A stretch of 64,000 bases of DNA from Klebsormidium nitens (Eukaryota; Plantae; Klebsormidiophyceae). Positions 48,223-61,000 of the stretch are shown here, in pieces; positions within the stretch are counted from its first letter, which is position 1; every line of letters starts with the position of its first letter. The position numbers were made by a program, and so were the translations under genes. The stretch spans positions 1-64,000 of the forward strand of contig DF237304.1 of assembly GCA_000708835.1 (NCBI GenBank), given 5' to 3'. The notes beneath the pieces were generated by a model that worked only from the letters and a program-made list of their open reading frames with translations, ran no database searches and was not told where the DNA came from.

Positions 48223-49230
48223 GTATCGAAAGGAGCACAAGTTCCAGATGGCACTATCCTTTTGTTGAAAGGACCAGCATGACATAGAGCAGGGACCTCG
48301 AATGAAGGTCTCTGGCTTTGGTTGTCCTCAGGCGATTTTCGGTACGCAGCTAGAGGGCACCAACACAATTTTGACCGTTTCTACAATGTCACATGGTTCA
48401 GGTGTGTGGAGCATAGAGGCAAAGTCTGCTCATGAGGAGTAACGAGCGATAGGTCTGTATCGAATCTCTGTAATCCTAGATAATGGATTAGTCTTTGGAG
48501 CCTTGTGATTTCTCTATGTTGAAGGTTTGAAGGAGAAAAGGCTTCCTCGGCGTGTGTATCAAAGCAATGAGTTGATTCTTCTCTGGACTTCAAAAGTAGG
48601 CCTAGATAAAGCGAGTGAACAGAGACCCGGCCTCAAGCCGTTTGTTCTACGGACAACCATACAATTGTTATGTTTTCTCATGATCACTGCTTTCATGATG
48701 CTGGAGACTATTAGTAGCGGGAGATAGATGGGATATTTGTTGCCAGGATCTGATTCCTGACGGCCCACAACAAAGCTCGCTAAATACCGGTCGCGATCTA
48801 TGTACAGCTTTCGCTATAAACTTGGGTATTTTCTGCATTTGCAATTCCCATCATCATTCGTGCTTCTCAATATATAACGGAGTGGCGATGATGATCATTG
48901 CAGCTCAAATTGCAAAACATACTTTGTACGGCCATGTATATGATGATGCACATGCCATCTACGATGCAACTTTTGAAAACGTAAAGCGCGTAGCTTACAG
49001 GCAAATTTGGAATGCCACATGATCATGCCGCCAAGATCTTCATGATCATACGGTAGCTTGCCGAAAGTGCCACAGAGGACTTGCTATAAGTTAGGAGGAC
49101 CACTGTCAGGCTTCATCAAACATATGCCTAATCAATACAATTAAACGGCGGGGCTCCGGGCCGGTGAGTGCAAGCCGGGCACCATTAGCTAAAAACTGAC
49201 ACTAGGTATGGCCCCCACTCGAATTGTCCC

Positions 49231-50930
49231 TTAATTCGGATGCCAGTAAATATGCAAAAACACACGCCATTGGCCTCTGATCTTCTTAAAGCCTTCGCTA
49301 GCCTGTTGTTGCAGGCTAAGAGTTTCGACTATGGATTTAACTGTTGACTCCTCGAACCATTGGCTCACCAGAGTATTGCCCAATGCATGAACAAGGTCAT
49401 GAAGGGTGATAGACATGCACAAATGACCATCCTCCACTCATACAAACAACCTGACGCTCAATGAACACGTTGGCACTTTGAGACAAGACTTCGCACTTGC
49501 ATGTGAGAGCATGTGAGCTTCAGCAAATATTGCTCGAAGAGTGGCATACACATTGCCTTCATCACCCAAAGTCAACTCGGATTACAGAACAAATCTGCCA
49601 ACGCAACTCGTTCTAGCAACACATTTTACAATCTAAATCTACTTCTAGACTACCCCCCATGATGTACAGCTACTGCTCAACTCAAATGTCTTGTTCTTAC
49701 AATATACATTATGCATTAAGGGCTCTCACCCGTTCAAGATGACGCCTTGCTCTTTCTCTCGCTCAAGCTGTCTGCCATTGCTAGACACTCTTCCATCTCG
49801 TCTATGTCCATCTGCATTGAGAGAAGGTTTCAGCATTGGATAAGTTTCATGAGAAGGGCAGCTCGTCAAAATTCCTTTCTCACCTTGTCAAACCACACTG
49901 CACATTGTCAGGTTAACAACAATGTTACTTGCCTTAGGTAAACGGACAGTCTTGCTGGCTCTTTTGAGAACAGATGTGACCTTTGACATCATACTGTCTT
50001 TGTACTTCAGTTGCACTCAGACATTTCTTGCTACAGTGACTTCATATATCATCTGCACCAGGATGCCGAAGCAGATCTGTACAACTGTAGCTTGTGAATG
50101 TGCATTCAGCTCAATCACTTCACCAGACAAAAAGCTGCAAAAAGAAAGGCAAATCGCATTTTCCATGCACTATAAGCGAGCCAGCATGCCAACAGTGTCG
50201 TTGATCTAGTAGGAAACCACAAGGAGATGGACTTTATTTGATTGCACTCAACGACACTATCCCAGCAGCTCAAGTAGAGTGACACCATCGATCAGGTCCG
50301 GGTCCCTCAAAATCTGGTTAAAGGTCTGAAGATTAAGTGAAGTTCAACAAGTCTTGCTGCAACCGAGCCTGGGGCTAGGTTAGGTCAAGATTAATCACTC
50401 AATCTGATTGCCCCATTTGCACGTTGAAGGAGCAGGAGGAGCGCTTCAGAGCTCATACTGGCACACATGATTGCCCAAAACAATCAATGGCTGGCCAATG
50501 GAGTTGTCAGTAGTACATTTTTCCTCGACTTACTGTTCCAATGGCGTCCAAGCACAGGCTGATTGCTCCAACAGCCTCTGGATCATCTCCGTCGCCAGCA
50601 GGGACCAATCTTTGCTCTTCCGCCGGCTGGCTGTTCCGGTCTTCTTCTCTCTCGCTTTTGCCTGGCCCAATTGCTGGCGTCGTGTCCCTCCTAACACTTG
50701 TGGGTGTGCTCACGTCAGCACCAAGTTGTGCCCTTGAGCCAGTGCATCCAACACGTCTGCTTTCCAGCTTCCTCCTAACAGAGCCCTCTCTTAGGAGAAA
50801 GCAAGAGAGAGCTACAAATTGCGAGCTCCCAGCAAGCAGGGATGAATGTGGTGCCATCCGACAGGCAGAATGTGACGCAAAGCACGCCGCACTGGCGGAT
50901 TGCGAAAGAGAGACCGACGAGAGTGCCATT
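49231..50930 (-). pseudogene. Decayed, unidentified coding-like segment (host pseudogene or TE remnant)
   Basis: Protein-like frames with splice-like borders interrupted by in-frame TAG/TGA, e.g. TFNQILRDPDLIDGVTLLELLG*CR*VQSNK and YEVTVARNV*VQLKYKDS. Confidence 0.3.
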
Positions 50931-51856
50931 GCTCCGAAATGATGTGCAGGCTGTGCGGAGCGGAGGTCAGCAGGGGGACACCTTCGTGCTCAGTGCCCAA
51001 TGCGTCAGACCTTATTGGAGCTCGAATTTTTTATTGGCCCTCATCTCTTGCCTTGCAATGCTTCACAACTCCTTGCTCATTTCCTCCATGCTCATCACCA
51101 TTCTTGTCTACCATTCTAGCTCAGCTCGCCTCTACTACGGTACCCCCTTGTTTGCTGCATTGTCAACAGGATCCTTGATATCCACTTCCGACGGCTTGGA
51201 TCGCCTGACATTCTATCCACGTGAGAAACGTGTTAAGATGGTGCAATCGTAGCCGTTGGATCCACCTGGCCCCCCAAGATATTTCCATTCTTGCTCGGGG
51301 TCCAGGTGCCTATAAAGTAAGTAGAGAGGATTTAGGAGATGTGTACTTAATCTTTAATTCTTTGTCTTGTATTAACAAAACAGCATTCAATAATTCCAGA
51401 ACTTGGTATAAGTGCCTTCTTGAGAGCGCGTATATTGAATTCTGTAACTAGTTCGGGTGATAAATTCAATCAGGGGCCAGCTGCGGCCAAAGCATGCCAT
51501 GTGATGGCACGGGCCGCCTGAGCGCGGCCGCGGCCTGCCGGCCCGACGCGCGCGGCCGAAGCAAATTGCATGCCGCAAATTCATGGGCCGAAATGTGAAG
51601 AACGTTTGTCGCCTAAACTTGAGACAGTCGGAGAGGCAAAGCTCAGAGCTGTGCTTTCAGAAGAGCCGGCAGTGGTAAGTTGTAATAGCGGCGTACTACA
51701 ATGACATGCAGCTGAGCAAATGCGAGAATGCGCGCACATTCATTTATCAAAGGAGAATGTTCCACTCTCAACGTCGGCAAATAGCAGCTTGAAATCGCGT
51801 TGAATTGAAGCTTTTGATCTGGAATTTTAATCAAGTCTTTTCATCAGTCCACCAGC

Positions 51857-54800
51857 ATGCAAGCAGCAGTGCGATGGGTTGGCTCGGCGCCTGCCATTGC
51901 ATTTCAGCATCCCGTTGTCAGCAATGGAAAGTCATTGGAAACGGGAAATAGAGCTAGATTTTGCAGTTTGAAGTCAAGAGGCCAGTTTGGAAATAAGGTT
52001 CCTGGTCTATCAGGGCATCGGATGGCCGTTAAAGGTCGCAGATCGTCATTGCCTCTGTCGGGGCAGGTCAGAGCAACCAGTGACATGACATCAGTGAAAA
52101 CCGGTGAGAATGCGGTTCTGCTCAATCTGCAATGCAGTGCATTGCTTATTTCGCGCTTGCTAAGATCGGATTGGTGATGTCATGCCACAAGAAGAGTAAG
52201 ACAAATCCTCCTAAAAGGTCAGCTTTGGATGCATTGCTTTTATGAGCTTGCAAAAAGCTGATCAGTGGCGTTATGCCACGGGAGCAGTATAACAAAGTCC
52301 TGTGACAAGGTCAGCAAGTGCAGCGCTGACTTGATACAGCTTCTTCCGCTTCTTTTGCGGGAGCCGTTAGATTTTAATTGCTGGTCGACTAAAAGCTCAA
52401 AAGGTTCGGTCAGCCGAGCCGCATTAGGGTTAGCACAATGAGTTGGAGGAACAAAATGTTTTGCGGAGGAGAAAAGGTCCTATGCTTTGAGGTGGACATT
52501 TCTTGATCTTGGCCCTTCTGTGCACTTCTCACTCTCTGGTGTTCTTGTCAGCACCGATGGTCATTGCTGGTTCATCTATTGCATCGGTCGATCGATAGTG
52601 GATGAGGTCAAATGAAGTTGTTCTAGTACTAGACGAAGGTACAGATCATGGACCTTATCAATAGACTATCGGTGCTTCCTTGATAGAGTCTGTCTCAATC
52701 GCATGTCTGTCAATATAGCAAAGCGGTGAGATGTTCCTCTGCATTGACAGCTTGCTTCATTCTTCTGCAGAAGCCCAGCCTGTCACCTTCTATGATATCC
52801 TGGGGGTGTCCAGGGAAGCAAGCACTGACGATGTGAGGCCCCATGTCTTTTTTTTCAAATCGTTGCATCTGCTCTGTCTTTGAACCGTCTATCTGCATTG
52901 CTGGCTTCTCCCAGGAGTAACTTCGTATCCAGCACTGAATGTCCAAACGGCAAGGCAAGGGCTGGCAAGGAGAAGCCTTGGACCATCGAAGGTCGTAGAA
53001 GCTAGCTTAGGACCAGTCATTGACTGTAACTGCAAAGGAGCAGCTCCCCCACACAGCTCTTCCAGTCTTGGATGAAGAAAACGCCTGAAACAATATCTAC
53101 CAGCTCTTTTTGATTAGAAGGTTCTCTGTCAAGAAGGTATTTCTCCCCTTGTCCACTCTTTGAGAGAAACTGCCGATGAAGAACCATGCCTTTGATAGCC
53201 TTTGTAGGGACTTGAGTTGTCTGCTTGGCTTGGTCGACACCCCACTTTGAAGACATCCAGACCTAAACCAGGGCTTCATAGTCGCTGGTTACTTGGCATT
53301 CCATGATATCCTTTCGAAAAGCATTTTCTCATTTTGACAACCGATTGCTCCATCAAGCTACCTCCTTTGCTTGACCTGCCAGATGGACAGCGTTCTGGTT
53401 ATGATCCGGGAACTTTTCGTGTCTAATTATAATATGCAGGCACCGTCAGGCTCATATCCGAACCAGTGTCTTGCGCATGTTTTAAGGTCGTAAGGTCGAT
53501 CTAGTAGTTTGATTCGTTTCTCCTGTCCCTCCTTAAAGATCCACTTGGCTTACAAGGCGAGGAAGAAGCAGATCAACGAAAAAGTGGGGTCCGATGCGAA
53601 AGAGCCTCTGGAGGCCCTTGAGGTGAGTCTTTTGGACACGAAACGCAAGTGATCAGGGCGAATATAGACCGTTATGACCACTTCCAAGGTCAACCTTAGA
53701 TGCTTGGGGAGCCGATCCGCGTGCAGGTTGCAAGCATAAGTCAAAATGGGCTGAAGCCTGATGCTACATGGTCTCAATTGACTTTCGAGCTGGTCAGATC
53801 GGATGGGTCCCTCCTTGATTGATTGGTTCAAAGAGTTCAAGAGCTAGCAACAGGTAGCGACCTGTACAAAAGATCGTTCATCTGGTCCAGGTTGCGTATG
53901 ACGAGCTGAAGGATCCACCTTTCCGGACTATCGGAAGCAGCCGTATCTGGCCGCATCCTGAACCCCCGGGTATTCATAGGTCCTAAAAGAACACACATCC
54001 GGAATACGACTTTCAACATCTATCTCAGAAATAATGGTGTCCTCCAGGTTGTTCCCGACTTGCTGCGGGTACCGAAGAGCTGCCGGCTAGTGGCTTCGGG
54101 CCGGCGAAAGGTACCGCTGGTGTGGCCAAGAATCTTGATCTTAAGAGGCAACATTCTCAGATCCATGTATTCTCAATCTCGACATCCCGAGAGTGTGATG
54201 ATTAAGTGGTGTCCTCCAGGCGGCCCCTAACGAGTTGCGGGAACCAGAGCGTCGCCGGATCCACGACTTCGGGCTGGCGATCAGTACCGCTGCTTTGGCC
54301 GCCAAGTGACATATAGAGAACCAACACTCCAGCCTCATGTATTCTCAAACCTGCCACTTCAAGAAAAGTGATGAATACGTGGTGTCCTCCAGGCTGCTTA
54401 TGACGAGTTGCGGGAACCGGAGAGCCGCCTGATCTACGACGTCGAGCTGGCGAAAGCTCGTGTGGCCACAAATCGAAATCTCAAGGTCCAATACTCCCGG
54501 ATATTTTGGAATCTCAAACCTGGTCTCTTGAGAGAATGCCGATTAAGTTGTGTCCTCCAGGCTGCTTATGACGAGTTGCGGGAACCGGAGAGCCGCCGCT
54601 TCTACGACTTCGGGCTGGCGAATCAGGCTGTCGGGGATGCGCCGTTTGTGTGGCCGTACGAGGTGGACATGACGCAGCGCCTTGCCGCAGAGACGGAGCA
54701 GAAGTTCAAGGAGGAGGCCGATCCCACTCTCTTCTCGGTGGGTGCATTTCTGTGTACTTTTCCTTCCTTTCTCCTTTGCCTTTCCTTGGACTTTTTCCGA

Positions 54801-56219
54801 TGCTTCTTTCGAATCAACTGAGATGTTGTGAAGTTTGCAGTTGGCACATGTGGTCGAGCTGTGGTGACCATAGCAAAACGGTCAGGCAGCCGGCGATCGT
54901 TTCATTCTTTCGAATGGATGGGTCTCGCGAAGGCTTTGGAGTATCCGTTTTGAACTTGAGGCTTCCAAGGCAGATGAAAAAAGCCCGATCTAGTGCAGCA
55001 AAGACGGAGGTTTACGCATCTGTGATATACGACTGCGGATCTGTGCTCTTTGTCAGATTGTGCTCACGTGCAATCAGAAGGCGGCAAGCGCCTCCTTGTT
55101 CCGAGCGGAGGCTTTCACGTTGCCTTCGGAATTCTCAGTTCATGAAATCCATTTGGGTGTTCAAGTCCGATAGAAGGCTCGAGTTGAATCTCAAAATCTG
55201 GAGAGGCAGGTAACGTCTCGTGGCGTCACTTTGGGTTTTCCTTTGGTCACGTGGTCCTTTATGATAGTAAGATGTCGCTAGACGGTTCTGGAGTCAAGCG
55301 GTTGGAGGCGGAGCGAAAAGTCGGGGAGATGGCCGACGTTCGCAAGGTCCAGGTGGGTATTCTCCGCACCAGTAATTTGTTTCACGTTCTCGGATTTTGG
55401 ACACTGTAAGCGTTCGCGGTGATCAGCTGCGTGATGGCAAGCTGCAGAAGCTTAAAGAAGAGCAACGAGTTGGCTCACGTTGCGCAAGCGATCTCTGCAC
55501 ACGTCCAGCCTTTGATCCCTGATTGGTAAGATTGAAGGTGAAGAGCCGTAGGCAGTTGCGGGTCAGTTCGACTCGAGCCGAGGGCTGATTGAGCAGATTG
55601 TGGTCCTGTAAGCCATATCGTTCGGAGGGATGAAGTTTGGGACAAGGAAGCTGGAGAGTTGACAGGTAGAATGATTGGTCACTATTGTTTGCGGAGAAGA
55701 CTGTTGATGCAGTCAGAGTCCTCTGCTCGGGCTTTGGACGAAGTTCCCGTCCAAAACTGGTTCTTTATGCATGAAGCCGAAGTGGTCAGGGACGGCTGAG
55801 CACGTTCATATTTGATCAGAAGCCCGCTCTTTCACAATCCTTAAATCGACATCCCTCTGATCCCCTTGTTGCTGAGGAAGACAGGTGCTCGACTCTCCTT
55901 TGAACCATGCTTGGACTGATCGCAACTGAAGTGCATGAGAGTGGGCTTCAACCTGCCCCAAAAAGTGCGCTATCCACCTGACCAGTTTCTGTCCACAAAT
56001 CTGGAAGCGCATCTAATGGTCGCCCCCTTGTTGCAGGGTTTCGACAACGACGGCCTGTCAGACGACGAGCAATACGACTTGACGTCCGATCTGCTGATCA
56101 TAGGGGTCCTACTGTCCTTGATAATCAGCGCTGCGCTGAAATTGGGCAATGTTGGCTTGAATTCGTTCCAATCGATGGGTGAAACGGCTGTAGAAATGTG
56201 GGAAAAGCTAGGACCTTAG
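51857..56219 (+). CDS. Chloroplast J-like protein, NdhU/CRRL- or NdhT/CRRJ-like; exons include 51857-52103, about 53558-53622, 54561-54737, about 55282-55331, 56036-56219 (middle of model uncertain)
   Basis: Transit-peptide-like first exon; J-domain helix IV AAYDELREPESRRFYD; FVWPYEVD motif (NdhU has VWPFEVD); C-terminal hydrophobic segment. Confidence 0.55.
53885..54470 (+). repeat. Four tandem units of about 170 bp, each carrying the acceptor and 5' part of the J-like exon at 54561
   Basis: The TGTCCTCCAG|GCTGCTTATGACGAGTTGCGGGAACC motif recurs near 54390, 54215 and 54045, and more diverged near 53890. Confidence 0.88.
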
Positions 56220-56888
56220 TGCGGTAAAAAGGTTGGGACCGACCATTCCGTATTGGCGTCTTACCAAGGTTTGAAGCAATGACAGCGTGTAAAGCATGTA
56301 CTTTGTATGTGACTGCAAAGCAAGCTGACTTGGGGTACTAGGACAATTCAATTGTTGGCAACAATCCGGCTCTGCCATTCGTATCATTGTTCAAGGGCCA
56401 TCACTTCACTATACCATCCGAAGGAAAGTCTGCTGATGGTTTACCAAATTCGCTTCTGGGTCATGCCGCGCTATGTAATCAGACTGCGAAAACACCAGTC
56501 GAGCATGGTTGATCGCCCCTTTGTGGCGCAAAGGGGGACCCGGGGCCATTGAAACTTACTAAGTTTCAGTACCGCACGAGTTGTTTCGGTGTTGACGGGC
56601 CACCTAGGTACTGGCCGGGTGTTCCAAATGAAGAGAACTTAAGTTGACACATATGTGCAACCGTCATTGGTCAGTGGGCACTGCGGGCCCGGGCCGGCAG
56701 CGCTGTCATGACATGCATGGCATCGCCTCAATGATCGTGGTATACGGTATCAATATTGAACTCAATCTTTGTACTTAACTCAACTTTGCCATCGGATTCG
56801 ATCCAATTCGATCATGATTGACGAGTCTGCTGCCGACGTTTCGAGTTGCGATAATGATATATATGCATCATTCTCATATAATGTTATA

Positions 56889-57647
56889 CACAAGCTACCT
56901 ATGGTGGGTCCCGGCCGAGTCGACTTCGACTCAAACCGCGACGAAAATGTGGGACCCGGTATCAAATTTCGTCAGTAGTACCGGCGGTTCACGTTACGAC
57001 GACTCGGACTTCCGTAACATGTACCCAACGAGTACTTTCAAAATCTTGCTCGGCCGTAACCGAGTGTCATAATGGTGTAACAGAGTGTTTTGATTTACAC
57101 TTTGACAGAAGCATAAAAATGCCACACTATGAGGAGGCTTATGCAGCTTATAGAAACCTTTGACAAGCAAAAAAAAATGTTGAAAGGGCGTCATTAGAGG
57201 TCCTTTGAAGCTCCAACATCATGTTTTGTTCAGGACAAATCTCAAGAAACAGCATAGGAGGCGCAAAGTGGGCCGCCATTGTTGATTTTTGCAGAGCGCC
57301 TTTCCTTACACTGCTCTATCAAATTCCTGCACTCTCCTTTCAGTCTGGGTACCGCGGTACTCCTGCGTGGTTCAAGTCGGAAGTTCCGACCAAGACCATA
57401 AATTTCATAATCGATGTACGCGCAGACTCGAGCGGTACCGTACCTCCGCATAGTACGCACTTGACCGTTGATCGACGTGTCAGAAAAAGTTCAATTCATG
57501 AACTCAGACCTGATTCTCAAGTACTGCCGAGTACGGTCGTCAGTGCCGCGTACACAATTCGTCGCGACACGTAACACCGGTGTAAGAAATTTGAGACCGG
57601 ACCGTCGCGCGGTCGATACCGTCGAGACCCACCATAGGTAGCTTGTG
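56889..57647. mobile_element. MITE-like element, 759 bp, Tc1/mariner-type TA target duplication
   Basis: Perfect inverted repeat TACACAAGCTACCTATGGTGGGTC (56887-56910) / GACCCACCATAGGTAGCTTGTGTA (57626-57649), i.e. 22-bp TIR flanked by TA. Interior is non-coding. Confidence 0.8.
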
Positions 57648-58043
57648 TAATCTGATGGTGTGGGCCCGAATTGAATTTATTCTAGCCACTCACGTTGTGT
57701 TCTCGATCCGGCCATGCAATCAAGTTCCAATTGAATGTGCCATTGGAGCGCGCTTTAAGCCAAGCGCCAACTTGGTTTGCAGTGACCATCTGAAGGGCTA
57801 ACCATTCAATTAGATCATCATTCGTCTGGCAACTCCTCGTGAAGTGTTTGGCACGGACACCGCACTTAGAAGTAGGCGGTGAAGTCTCAATCTTCATTTA
57901 GATCTATGCAGCCTAGCTCCCCGGACTTGGTGCGGAATATACGAGTCAGCCCGTGAATACATACTAGCTAAGCATGCCAGTGATACAATCTGGACAACAA
58001 CGCTGAGTTCAAGTTGATTACGTTTCCATCATTGTCAATAGCT

Positions 58044-61000
58044 TCACTCCTTCGTGATGATGGCGTCCCTTCCAGGCCCGACCCCTATCCACTTCACCTC
58101 GACTCCTACAATCTCTTCTATTCTCAGTACGTATGCTTGCGCATTCTTTGGTAGTTGTGACCACTTCCTCATCCCCGAAATGTCCTCCTCCCAACCTGGC
58201 AGTACCTCGTAGTCGACCTGCAGCGAGGGGGAGACCATATTGTGAGACAAATCAGAAGAAGCTCCCTGGGCAGCCTGCACCAGTTGACGGCCTGATCTTT
58301 TCCAGCCCTCGATTTCCGACTTGAGCCAGGAATAAGCTCACGATGCTGAACAACCAAATGAGACACTAGCAAGTATGCGGGGGCTGCTGCCATACGAGTG
58401 GAGTCAAGCCGCCAGAATGCATAAGAAACCTTCGCAACAAATGTACGCACAATCCGGCCTCGGCAAACCTTCGCTCACGGTAGTTGACCCAAATCGATGA
58501 GCCCGGAAAGGGACCCACTGGCTGCAACGACTGTTGACATTTACAGGCGCAGTGAACGACGTACTTGCTTCTCCTGGTTGCATCCGGACGACCATTTGAC
58601 GTTTCATTTCCAAAAGCCCAATTGCCTCTTGCTTAAAGTGGGCGTAGGCCATGCATGGACACCCCTAGGCCATCTACGGTGGTAAGGCCCCAGATTGTTC
58701 GAACTTGCAATCTGGTCCGTTAAAAAAAGACTCAGATGCACGGAGTGTGCATTTCCGGACCTTTGAAATCGGACGCCCACTTTAACCAGATAAACACAGT
58801 TCCCATGTATCAGACGCCCCACGGCAGACAAATGGTTCAACCTCAAATGCAAAGAACAAGGACTTGTTCGTTCTTTGTAAAATGCCACCCACTTTGCATG
58901 ACTCATGTTGCCTCAATCCATTAAGATTGGCCACAATTGTCTTTCCTCCTCTGTCTTAACGATATCCGTACCTCGGCTGCAACCTCACCTTGATCTGTTC
59001 CCGACGCCGGGAACGCTGCCATCAGCTCCCCCGTTCAAACTGGCCGGTTAATAAACCATCAACCCATTCAATCCTTTCAAACGTGCTTTGAACCGGGCCC
59101 AATCTCACCTTCCAAAAACTCCTCTTATAGGGTCTTAATATTCTTGGGTCTTAGGGTTCAAGGGCTTATGTCGTCGGGTTGATATTCACCTTGATCTGTT
59201 CCAACCAACTTCTATTTCAAAGGGTTTAGGGTTTCAATATTGTAGGGGCTTAGGGTTTATGCGGGATTGATCCTCACCTTGATCTGTTCCAGCAGCTCCA
59301 GATCCGCCGGAAACGCCGGAACCACCTCTCCATCTGGCGCCCGATAGCCCACCCCGAGCTTGATCTCTGAGAAACCCGACAGCACATCTAGCTTGGTCAG
59401 GTTAATGTGCGTGAACCCGTTAATGTCGCACGCGAACCGGAGGGCGACCATGTCCAGCCAGCCGCACCGCCGCGGTCGCCCCGTCGTGGTCCCAAACTCG
59501 AACCCGTTCGCCCGGAGCCGGTCCCCGGTCTCGTCGTGCAGCTCGGTCGGGTACGGACCGGCACCGACCCGCGTCGTGTACGCTTTTGCCTGGAGTGTGA
59601 AATTGGGTTAGGATCAGATTCGTGGATCTTAGTTTGGCTCGAGTCAGTTTCAATCATTCGACATCAGAGCTGCTATGTTGCAGGCAAGCATAAGAGACGG
59701 CTTGAGAACGAGAGGACTCCAGGAATCGAGTTGTCTACCATGCATCCGCAGCTTCTTGTGAGAGGCGTTACAAAAAGCTGCGGAGATGAAAGTGGGAGCG
59801 GTCTCCTGCTCCATACTTTCAGAAATCGCGCATAAAACGTTCCTTGAGAATCGTCCTCAAGAATGGAACCCTGTTTGCTCTTCTGCCTGCCAGTGTGCTC
59901 AACCAAAGCGACTGTTTCACAGCAACGAACGGGCTTCCTGAGGACATGCGCAAAGGCCCTCCGACCATTTTCACTTTTCTCCCCAAATGTTCACAAAGGG
60001 ATCGTTCCACAACTTCTATGGGGGCATCCTCACCACACCAATGACAGCCCCCAGCTTCTGCGGCGCGAGGCCGAGCCCGACGATAACGCCCCCGATCGAC
60101 GGGTTGGATGACGTCACGAACGGGTACGTCCCAAAGTCGACGTCCAGCAGCGTGGCCTGGCCGCCCTCGATCAGGATCTTCTTCTTCTCCGCATGCGCCT
60201 TGTTCACGTAGTATACCTATGGGGATTAGAGGGGGCCGTATAAGGGGCTTCCAGCCGAATGTTTATTGTGTATACAGGATTCCCGATGCTAGAAGGGAAG
60301 GAAGGAGATGCCTTCAAATGCCTCATACTCTAGATGCCGAGTCCCTGCCTACTTGCGGCTTGAAAACCGAAAACCGGAAAAGTCTGGTGAAGGTGGTATG
60401 TTTAAGAAGACTTGAAGGAGTATGGAAGACGGCAGTACGTGATTGACTTTGGGCCTGTCAGAGGCTTGTTTTCAGTTTCAAACCTCTTCCGCGACCCCTT
60501 ATTGACAAGTGCAAGAGGCCTAAACCGACCCTACGAGGGGTTCCCCGTTGTGAGTTGCAGCCAGGTCGCACATCCCAGACATTCTGTGCATTGCACGGAA
60601 TCTGACAGGTTTGATAAGAGGCCGCACCGTCAAACTGGCCTAGAACAACCTTCCGACAAAAGGATCCCCGGCTTGAAGCCGCATGTAGCTCGCACATTCT
60701 TAGTGTTTGGTGCCCTACATGATCAAGTGCGAATCTGGTTGCACAAGCACCTCACGAAGGGTTCGCACAAAGGGAAGACCCCAACATAGAAGTAGAGCGG
60801 CCTGCTCTACAAACTCAGCTATCTAAGTCTCCTACAAAAACGGACCATATCATCGACAAAGAAAGAACCTGACGCTCGCTGATGTGATATGTATTAACGA
60901 CCCACGGCTGGGCAGTGAAACATTACGGGCGCCCGCGCCGATCTATCAACATCATCATGGAGCTTCCAATCCGCGCACGCAGAATCTACCACGCGCGACA

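Noticed and set aside
49140-49200. Second Helitron-like 3' end (…GCAAGCCGGGCACCATTAGCTAAA)
   Set aside because: The hairpin is weak and CTRR is not followed by T.
49940-50340. In-frame TGA as selenocysteine
   Set aside because: Neighbouring frames also contain TAG stops, there is no redox motif and no SECIS was recognised; decay is the simpler explanation.
53885-54600. Regularly spaced repeats read as a CRISPR array
   Set aside because: Units are about 170 bp, similar along their length, derived from an exon and its acceptor, with no unique spacers or cas genes; the context is eukaryotic.
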